64,000 nucleotides of DNA from Auanema rhodensis (lineage: Eukaryota > Animalia > Nematoda), in contig OZ059900.1 of NCBI GenBank assembly GCA_964057225.1, forward strand, positions 15,872,001 to 15,936,000. The letters run 5' to 3'. Position 1 is the first letter of the stretch. Every line of letters starts with the position of its first letter. Shown here in pieces: positions 53,601 through 64,000 of this stretch. A program made the position numbers and the translations under genes. Under the pieces are notes generated by a model. The model did no database searches. It saw nothing but the letters and a program-made list of their open reading frames with translations, and was not told where the DNA came from.

Positions 53601-56600
53601 TTGAGCTAGGTTTTATTGACATTGCATGAGTTTGAACACATGAAATCGTAAGTCAAAACCTTGTTTACAGCGAAATTTCCAAAAACTGGTTTTCCAGCAT
53701 AATAAAATATTTCTCATGGGAAATACTGTGTTTTTGTATTTTTCTAGTGTTCAGCATGTGAAATGCTTCATTTTAGTATGTAACACGCTGAAATTCGTTG
53801 CATTTGACGACTCATATGAACAAAAATCGATTTAATCAATATTAGCCATAAGGGGCGTGCCCTCAGAATATGCTAATTTCCTTAATTTTCTAACCCCTGT
53901 TTTTTTGTCGTGAAAGTGGAACTAGACGTTGTAGGAACAATTTTGAGCTAGGTTTCATTGACATTGCATGAGTTTGAACACATGAAATCGTAAGTCAAAA
54001 CCTTGTTTACAGCGAAATTTCCAAAAACTCGTTTTCCAGCATAATAAAATATTTCTCATGGGAAATACTGTGTTTTTGTAGTTTTTTAGTGTTCAGCATG
54101 TAAAATGCTTCATTTTAGTATGTAACACGCTGAAATTAATTGCATTTGACGACTCATATGAACAAAAATCGATTTAATCAATATTAGCCATAAGGGGCGT
54201 GCCCTCAGAATATGCTAATTTCCTTAATTTTCTAACCCCTGTTTTTTTGTCGTGAAAGTGGAACTAGACGTTGTACGAACAATTTTGAGCTAGGTTTCAT
54301 TGACATTGCATGAGTTTGAACACATGAAATCGTAAGTCAAAACCTTGTTTACAGCGAAATTTCCAAAAACTGGTTTTCCAGCATAATAAAATATTTCTCA
54401 TGGGAAATACTGTGTTTTTGTATTTTTCTAGTGTTCAGCATGTGAAATGCTTCATTTTAGTATGTAACACGCTGAAATTCGTTGCATTTGACGACTCATA
54501 TGAACAAAAATCGATTTAATCAATATTAGCCATAAGGGGCGTGCCCTCAGAATATGCTAATTTCCTTAATTTTCTAACCCCTGTTTTTTTGTCGTGAAAG
54601 TGGAACTAGACGTTGTACGAACAATTTTGAGCTAGGTTTCATTGACATTGCATGAGTTTGAACACATGAAATCGTAAGTCAAAACCTTGTTTACAGCGAA
54701 ATTTCCAAAAACTGGTTTTCCAGCATAATAAAATATTTCTCATGGGAAATACTGTGTTTTTGTATTTTTATAGTGTTCAGCATGTAAAATGTTTCATTTT
54801 AGTATGTAACACGCTGAAATTCGTTGCATTTGACGACTCATATGAACAAAAATCGATTTAATCAATATTAGCCATAAAGGGCGTGCCCTCAGAATATGCT
54901 AATTTCCTTAATTTTCTAACCCCTGTTTTTTTGTCGTGAAAGTGGAACTAGACGTTGTAGGAACAATTTTGAGCTAGGTTTCATTGACATTGCATGAGTT
55001 TGAACACATGAAATCGTAAGTCAAAACCTTGTTTACAGCGAAATTTCCAAAAACTCGTTTTCCAGCATAATAAAATATTTCTCATGGGAAATACTGTGTT
55101 TTTGTATTTTTTTAGTGTTCAGCATGTAAAATGCTTCATTTTAGTATGTAACACGCTGAAATTAATTGCATTTGACGACTCATATGAACAAAAATCGATT
55201 TAATCAATATTAGCCATAAGGGGCGTGCCCTCAGAATATGCTAATTTCCTTAATTTTCTAACCCCTGTTTTTTTGTCGTGAAAGTGGAACTAGACGTTGT
55301 ACGAACAATTTTGAGCTAGGTTTCATTGACATTGCATGAGTTTGAACACATGAAATCGTAAGTCAAAACCTTGTTTACAGCGAAATTTCCAAAAACTGGT
55401 TTTCCAGCATAATAAAATATTTCTCATGGGAAATACTGTGTTTTTGTATTTTTCTAGTGTTCAGCATGTGAAATGCTTCATTTTAGTATGTAACACGCTG
55501 AAATTCGTTGCATTTGACGACTCATATGAACAAAAATCGATTTAATCAATATTAGCCATAAGGGGCGTGCCCTCAGAATATGCTAATTTCCTTAATTTTC
55601 TAACCCCTGTTTTGTTGTCGTGAAAGTGGAACTAGACGTTGTAGGAACAATTTTGAGCTAGGTTTCATTGACATTGCATGAGTTTGAACACATGAAATCG
55701 TAAGTCAAAACCTTGTTTACAGCGAAATTTCCAAAAACTGGTTTTCCAGCATAATAAAATATTTCTCATGGGAAATACTGTGTTTTTGTATTTTTCTAGT
55801 GTTCAGCATGTGAAATGCTTCATTTTAGTATGTAACACGCTGAAATTCGTTGCATTTGACGACTCATATGAACAAAAATCGATTTAATCAATATTAGCCA
55901 TAAGGGGCGTGCCCTCAGAATATGCTAATTTCCTTAATTTTCTAACCCCTGTTTTGTTGTCGTGAAAGTGGAACTAGACGTTGTAGGAACAATTTTGAGC
56001 TAGGTTTCATTGACATTGCATGAGTTTGAACACATGAAATCGTAAGTCAAAACCTTGTTTACAGCGAAATTTCCAAAAACTGGTTTTCCAGCATAATAAA
56101 ATATTTCTCATGGGAAATACTGTGTTTTTGTATTTTTCTAGTGTTCAGCATGTGAAATGCTTCATTTTAGTATGTAACACGCTGAAATTCGTTGCATTTG
56201 ACGACTCATATGAACAAAAATCGATTTAATCAATATTAGCCATAAGGGGCGTGCCCTCAGAATATGCTAATTTCCTTAATTTTCTAACCCCTGTTTTGTT
56301 GTCGTGAAAGTGGAACTAGACGTTGTAGGAACAATTTTGAGCTAGGTTTCATTGACATTGCATGAGTTTGAACACATGAAATCGTAAGTCAAAACCTTGT
56401 TTACAGCGAAATTTCCAAAAACTCGTTTTCCAGCATAATAAAATATTTCTCATGGGAAATACTGTGTTTTTGTATTTTTTTAGTGTTCAGCATGTAAAAT
56501 GCTTCATTTTAGTATGTAACACGCTGAAATTAATTGCATTTGACGACTCATATGAACAAAAATCGATTTAATCAATATTAGCCATAAGGGGCGTGCCCTC

Positions 56601-59600
56601 AGAATATGCTAATTTCCTTAATTTTCTAACCCCTGTTTTTTGTCGTGAAAGTGGAACTAGACGTTGTAGGAACAATTTTGAGCTAGGTTTCATTGACATT
56701 GCATGAGTTTGAACACATGAAATCGTAAGTCAAAACCTTGTTTACAGCGAAATTTCCAAAAACTGGTTTTCCAGCATAATAAAATATTTCTCATGGGAAA
56801 TACTGTGTTTTTGTATTTTTATAGTGTTCAGCATGTAAAATGCTTCATTTTAGTATGTAACACGCTGAAATTCGTTGCATTTGACGACTCATATGAACAA
56901 AAATCGATTTAATCAATATTAGCCATAAGGGGCGTGCCCTCAGAATATGCTAATTTCCTTAATTTTCTAACCCCTGTTTTTTTGTCGTGAAAGTGGAACT
57001 AGACGTTGTACGAACAATTTTGAGCTAGGTTTTATTGACATTGCATGAGTTTGAACACATGAAATCGTAAGTCAAAACCTTGTTTACAGCGAAATTTCCA
57101 AAAACTGGTTTTCCAGCATAATAAAATATTTCTCATGAGAAATACTGTGTTTTTGTATTTTTCTAGTGTTCAGCATGTAAAATGCTTCATTTTAGTATGT
57201 AACACGCTGAAATTCGTTGCATTTGACGACTCATATGAACAAAAATCGATTTAATCAATATTAGCCATAAGGGGCGTGCCCTCAGAATATGCTAATTTCC
57301 TTAATTTTCTAACCCCTGTTTTGTTGTCGTGAAAGTGGAACTAGACGTTGTAGGAACAATTTTGAGCTAGGTTTCATTGACATTGCATGAGTTTGAACAC
57401 ATGAAATCGTAAGTCAAAACCTTGTTTACAGCGAAATTTCCAAAAACTGGTTTTCCAGCATAATAAAATATTTCTCATGGGAAATACTGTGTTTTTGTAT
57501 TTTTATAGTGTTCAGCATGTAAAATGCTTCATTTTAGTATGTAACACGCTGAAATTCGTTGCATTTGACGACTCATATGAACAAAAATCGATTTAATCAA
57601 TATTAGCCATAAGGGGCGTGCCCTCAGAATATGCTAATTTCCTTAATTTTCTAACCCCTGTTTTTTTGTCGTGAAAGTGGAACTAGACGTTGTACGAACA
57701 ATTTTGAGCTAGGTTTTATTGACATTGCATGAGTTTGAACACATGAAATCGTAAGTCAAAACCTTGTTTACAGCGAAATTTCCAAAAACTGGTTTTCCAG
57801 CATAATAAAATATTTCTCATGAGAAATACTGTGTTTTTGTATTTTTCTAGTGTTCAGCATGTAAAATGCTTCATTTTAGTATGTAACACGCTGAAATTCG
57901 TTGCATTTGACGACTCATATGAACAAAAATCGATTTAATCAATATTAGCCATAAGGGGCGTGCCCTCAGAATATGCTAATTTCCTTAATTTTCTAACCCC
58001 TGTTTTTTTGTCGTGAAAGTGGAACTAGACGTTGTACGAACAATTTTGAGCTAGGTTTCATTGACATTGCATGAGTTTGAACACATGAAATCGTAAGTCA
58101 AAACCTTGTTTACAGCGAAATTTCCAAAAACTGGTTTTCCAGCATAATAAAATATTTCTCATGGGAAATACTGTGTTTTTGTATTTTTATAGTGTTCAGC
58201 ATGTAAAATGTTTCATTTTAGTATGTAACACGCTGAAATTCGTTGCATTTGACGACTCATATGAACAAAAATCGATTTAATCAATATTAGCCATAAAGGG
58301 CGTGCCCTCAGAATATGCTAATTTCCTTAATTTTCTAACCCCTGTTTTTTTGTCGTGAAAGTGGAACTAGACGTTGTAGGAACAATTTTGAGCTAGGTTT
58401 CATTGACATTGCATGAGTTTGAACACATGAAATCGTAAGTCAAAACCTTGTTTACAGCGAAATTTCCAAAAACTCGTTTTCCAGCATAATAAAATATTTC
58501 TCATGGGAAATACTGTGTTTTTGTATTTTTTTAGTGTTCAGCATGTAAAATGCTTCATTTTAGTATGTAACACGCTGAAATTAATTGCATTTGACGACTC
58601 ATATGAACAAAAATCGATTTAATCAATATTAGTCATAAGGGGCGTGCCCTCAGAATATGCTAATTTCCTTAATTTTCTAACCCCTGTTTTTTTGTCGTGA
58701 AAGTGGAACTAGACGTTGTACGAACAATTTTGAGCTAGGTTTCATTGACATTGCATGAGTTTGAACACATGAAATCGTAAGTCAAAACCTTGTTTACAGC
58801 GAAATTTCCAAAAACTGGTTTTCCAGCATAATAAAATATTTCTCATGGGAAATACTGTGTTTTTGTATTTTTCTAGTGTTCAGCATGTGAAATGCTTCAT
58901 TTTAGTATGTAACACGCTGAAATTCGTTGCATTTGACGACTCATATGAACAAAAATCGATTTAATCAATATTAGCCATAAGGGGCGTGCCCTCAGAATAT
59001 GCTAATTTCCTTAATTTTCTAACCCCTGTTTTTTTGTCGTGAAAGTGGAACTAGACGTTGTACGAACAATTTTGAGCTAGGTTTTATTGACATTGCATGA
59101 GTTTGAACACATGAAATCGTAAGTCAAAACCTTGTTTACAGCGAAATTTCCAAAAACTGGTTTTCCAGCATAATAAAATATTTCTCATGGGAAATACTGT
59201 GTTTTTGTATTTTTCTAGTGTTCAGCATGTGAAATGCTTCATTTTAGTATGTAACACGCTGAAATTCGTTGCATTTGACGACTCATATGAACAAAAATCG
59301 ATTTAATCAATATTAGCCATAAGGGGCGTGCCCTCAGAATATGCTAATTTCCTTAATTTTCTAACCCCTGTTTTGTTGTCGTGAAAGTGGAACTAGACGT
59401 TGTAGGAACAATTTTGAGCTAGGTTTCATTGACATTGCATGAGTTTGAACACATGAAATCGTAAGTCAAAACCTTGTTTACAGCGAAATTTCCAAAAACT
59501 GGTTTTCCAGCATAATAAAATATTTCTCATGGGAAATACTGTGTTTTTGTATTTTTCTAGTGTTCAGCATGTGAAATGCTTCATTTTAGTATGTAACACG

Positions 59601-60174
59601 CTGAAATTCGTTGCATTTGACGACTCATATGAACAAAAATCGATTTAATCAATATTAGCCATAAGGGGCGTGCCCTCAGAATATGCTAATTTCCTTAATT
59701 TTCTAACCCCTGTTTTGTTGTCGTGAAAGTGGAACTAGACGTTGTAGGAACAATTTTGAGCTAGGTTTCATTGACATTGCATGAGTTTGAACACATGAAA
59801 TCGTAAGTCAAAACCTTGTTTACAGCGAAATTTCCAAAAACTGGTTTTCCAGCATAATAAAATATTTCTCATGGGAAATACTGTGTTTTTGTATTTTTCT
59901 AGTGTTCAGCATGTAAAATGCTTCATTTTAGTATGTAACACGCTGAAATTCGTTGCATTTGACGACTCATATGAACAAAAATCGATTTAATCAATATTAG
60001 CCATAAGGGGCGTGCCCTCAGAATATGCTAATTTCCTTAATTTTCTAACCCCTGTTTTTTGTCGTGAAAGTGGAACTAGACGTTGTAGGAACAATTTTGA
60101 GCTAGGTTTCATTGACATTGCATGAGTTTGAACACATGAAATCGTAAGTCAAAACCTTGTTTACAGCGAAATTT
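45142..60174 (-). repeat. Near-tandem block duplication of about 7.2 kb (45,142-52,311 vs 53,005-60,174; offset 7,863 bp = 23 monomers)
   Basis: Rare variants recur at exactly +7,863: TTTCAAAA at 45,475/53,338, GTAGTTTT at 46,218/54,081 and TTAGTCAT at 50,770/58,633. T6 monomers and the order of common variants also match. Confidence 0.9.
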
Positions 60175-63100
60175 CCAAAAACTGGTTTTCCAGCATAATA
60201 AAATATTTCTCATGGGAAATACTGTGTTTTTGTATTTTTATAGTGTTCAGCATGTAAAATGCTTCATTTTAGTATGTAACACGCTGAAATTCGTTGCATT
60301 TGACGACTCATATGAACAAAAATCGATTTAATCAATATTAGCCATAAGGGGCGTGCCCTCAGAATATGCTAATTTCCTTAATTTTCTAACCCCTGTTTTT
60401 TTGTCGTGAAAGTGGAACTAGACGTTGTACGAACAATTTTGAGCTAGGTTTTATTGACATTGCATGAGTTTGAACACATGAAATCGTAAGTCAAAACCTT
60501 GTTTACAGCGAAATTTCCAAAAACTGGTTTTCCAGCATAATAAAATATTTCTCATGAGAAATACTGTGTTTTTGTATTTTTCTAGTGTTCAGCATGTAAA
60601 ATGCTTCATTTTAGTATGTAACACGCTGAAATTCGTTGCATTTGACGACTCATATGAACAAAAATCGATTTAATCAATATTAGCCATAAGGGGCGTGCCC
60701 TCAGAATATGCTAATTTCCTTAATTTTCTAACCCCTGTTTTTTTGTCGTGAAAGTGGAACTAGACGTTGTACGAACAATTTTGAGCTAGGTTTCATTGAC
60801 ATTGCATGAGTTTGAACACATGAAATCGTAAGTCAAAACCTTGTTTACAGCGAAATTTCCAAAAACTGGTTTTCCAGCATAATAAAATATTTCTCATGGG
60901 AAATACTGTGTTTTTGTATTTTTATAGTGTTCAGCATGTAAAATGTTTCATTTTAGTATGTAACACGCTGAAATTCGTTGCATTTGACGACTCATATGAA
61001 CAAAAATCGATTTAATCAATATTAGCCATAAAGGGCGTGCCCTCAGAATATGCTAATTTCCTTAATTTTCTAACCCCTGTTTTTTTGTCGTGAAAGTGGA
61101 ACTAGACGTTGTAGGAACAATTTTGAGCTAGGTTTCATTGACATTGCATGAGTTTGAACACATGAAATCGTAAGTCAAAACCTTGTTTACAGCGAAATTT
61201 CCAAAAACTCGTTTTCCAGCATAATAAAATATTTCTCATGGGAAATACTGTGTTTTTGTATTTTTTTAGTGTTCAGCATGTAAAATGCTTCATTTTAGTA
61301 TGTAACACGCTGAAATTAATTGCATTTGACGACTCATATGAACAAAAATCGATTTAATCAATATTAGCCATAAGGGGCGTGCCCTCAGAATATGCTAATT
61401 TCCTTAATTTTCTAACCCCTGTTTTTTTGTCGTGAAAGTGGAACTAGACGTTGTACGAACAATTGTGAGCTAGGTTTCATTGACATTGCATGAGTTTGAA
61501 CACATGAAATCGTAAGTCAAAACCTTGTTTACAGCGAAATTTCCAAAAACTGGTTTTCCAGCATAATAAAATATTTCTCATGGGAAATACTGTGTTTTTG
61601 TATTTTTCTAGTGTTCAGCATGTGAAATGCTTCATTTTAGTATGTAACACGCTGAAATTCGTTGCATTTGACGACTCATATGAACAAAAATCGATTTAAT
61701 CAATATTAGCCATAAGGGGCGTGCCCTCAGAATATGCTAATTTCCTTAATTTTCTAACCCCTGTTTTTTTGTCGTGAAAGTGGAACTAGACGTTGTACGA
61801 ACAATTTTGAGCTAGGTTTTATTGACATTGCATGAGTTTGAACACATGAAATCGTAAGTCAAAACCTTGTTTACAGCGAAATTTCCAAAAACTGGTTTTC
61901 CAGCATAATAAAATATTTCTCATGGGAAATACTGTGTTTTTGTATTTTTCTAGTGTTCAGCATGTGAAATGCTTCATTTTAGTATGTAACACGCTGAAAT
62001 TCGTTGCATTTGACGACTCATATGAACAAAAATCGATTTAATCAATATTAGCCATAAGGGGCGTGCCCTCAGAATATGCTAATTTCCTTAATTTTCTAAC
62101 CCCTGTTTTTTTGTCGTGAAAGTGGAACTAGACGTTGTAGGAACAATTTTGAGCTAGGTTTCATTGACATTGCATGAGTTTGAACACATGAAATCGTAAG
62201 TCAAAACCTTGTTTACAGCGAAATTTCCAAAAACTCGTTTTCCAGCATAATAAAATATTTCTCATGGGAAATACTGTGTTTTTGTATTTTTTTAGTGTTC
62301 AGCATGTAAAATGCTTCATTTTAGTATGTAACACGCTGAAATTAATTGCATTTGACGACTCATATGAACAAAAATCGATTTAATCAATATTAGCCATAAG
62401 GGGCGTGCCCTCAGAATATGCTAATTTCCTTAATTTTCTAACCCCTGTTTTTTTGTCGTGAAAGTGGAACTAGACGTTGTACGAACAATTTTGAGCTAGG
62501 TTTCATTGACATTGCATGAGTTTGAACACATGAAATCGTAAGTCAAAACCTTGTTTACAGCGAAATTTCCAAAAACTGGTTTTCCAGCATAATAAAATAT
62601 TTCTCATGGGAAATACTGTGTTTTTGTATTTTTCTAGTGTTCAGCATGTGAAATGCTTCATTTTAGTATGTAACACGCTGAAATTCGTTGCATTTGACGA
62701 CTCATATGAACAAAAATCGATTTAATCAATATTAGCCATAAGGGGCGTGCCCTCAGAATATGCTAATTTCCTTAATTTTCTAACCCCTGTTTTTTTGTCG
62801 TGAAAGTGGAACTAGACGTTGTACGAACAATTTTGAGCTAGGTTTTATTGACATTGCATGAGTTTGAACACATGAAATCGTAAGTCAAAACCTTGTTTAC
62901 AGCGAAATTTCCAAAAACTGGTTTTCCAGCATAATAAAATATTTCTCATGGGAAATACTGTGTTTTTGTATTTTTCTAGTGTTCAGCATGTGAAATGCTT
63001 CATTTTAGTATGTAACACGCTGAAATTCGTTGCATTTGACGACTCATATGAACAAAAATCGATTTAATCAATATTAGCCATAAGGGGCGTGCCCTCAGAA

Positions 63101-64000
63101 TATGCTAATTTCCTTAATTTTCTAACCCCTGTTTTGTTGTCGTGAAAGTGGAACTAGACGTTGTAGGAACAATTTTGAGCTAGGTTTCATTGACATTGCA
63201 TGAGTTTGAACACATGAAATCGTAAGTCAAAACCTTGTTTACAGCGAAATTTCCAAAAACTGGTTTTCCAGCATAATAAAATATTTCTCATGGGAAATAC
63301 TGTGTTTTTGTATTTTTCTAGTGTTCAGCATGTGAAATGCTTCATTTTAGTATGTAACACGCTGAAATTCGTTGCATTTGACGACTCATATGAACAAAAA
63401 TCGATTTAATCAATATTAGCCATAAGGGGCGTGCCCTCAGAATATGCTAATTTCCTTAATTTTCTAACCCCTGTTTTGTTGTCGTGAAAGTGGAACTAGA
63501 CGTTGTAGGAACAATTTTGAGCTAGGTTTCATTGACATTGCATGAGTTTGAACACATGAAATCGTAAGTCAAAACCTTGTTTACAGCGAAATTTCCAAAA
63601 ACTGGTTTTCCAGCATAATAAAATATTTCTCATGGGAAATACTGTGTTTTTGTATTTTTCTAGTGTTCAGCATGTAAAATGCTTCATTTTAGTATGTAAC
63701 ACGCTGAAATTCGTTGCATTTGACGACTCATATGAACAAAAATCGATTTAATCAATATTAGCCATAAGGGGCTTGCCCTCAGAATATGCTAATTTCCTTA
63801 ATTTTCTAACCCCTGTTTTTTGTCGTGAAAGTGGAACTAGACGTTGTAGGAACAATTTTGAGCTAGGTTTCATTGACATTGCATGAGTTTGAACACATGA
63901 AATCGTAAGTCAAAACCTTGTTTACAGCGAAATTTCCAAAAACTGGTTTTCCAGCATAATAAAATATTTCTCATGGGAAATACTGTGTTTTTGTATTTTT

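Larger units (their letters stand above)
36600..64000 (-). repeat. 342-bp satellite array, reverse-complement block (81-nt partial, 79 complete monomers, terminal partial)
   Basis: From 36,600 the sequence is the reverse complement of the same monomer. GCTTCAT ends fall at 36,680 through 63,687, a span of 27,007 = 79x342-11. This is explained by eleven 341-bp T6 monomers, with a twelfth near 63,820. Confidence 0.99.

Noticed and set aside
1-64000. CRISPR array or other repeat-spacer or cassette system
   Set aside because: There are no unique spacers: entire 342-bp units repeat head to tail with only point variants, and no cas, recombinase or other genes are present.

Overview
The whole 64 kb window is one AT-rich tandem satellite array: a 342-bp monomer (about 33-34% GC by hand count), about 187 copies, with only a few substitutions between copies. 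I find no genes, RNA genes, transposons or CRISPR arrays, and the two supplied ORFs are chance products of point variants. The main structure is a single orientation switch at about 36,599. There are 107 forward monomers (1-36,593) followed by about 80 reverse-complement monomers (36,600-64,000). Together they form a giant imperfect inverted repeat with arms of at least 27 kb and a 77-bp spacer, centred at about 36,637. The junction shows microhomology. The arms are not mirror copies of each other's variants, which argues against a simple fold-back artefact. Shared rare variants reveal nested multi-kb block duplications (offsets of 11, 17, 18, 23 and 41 monomers) and arm-specific variant sets. 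The first 2 kb are more diverged, and several recurrent variants perfect short internal palindromes. This organisation is typical of eukaryotic (peri)centromeric heterochromatin, but the organism and function cannot be determined from the sequence alone. All alignments and counts were done by eye.
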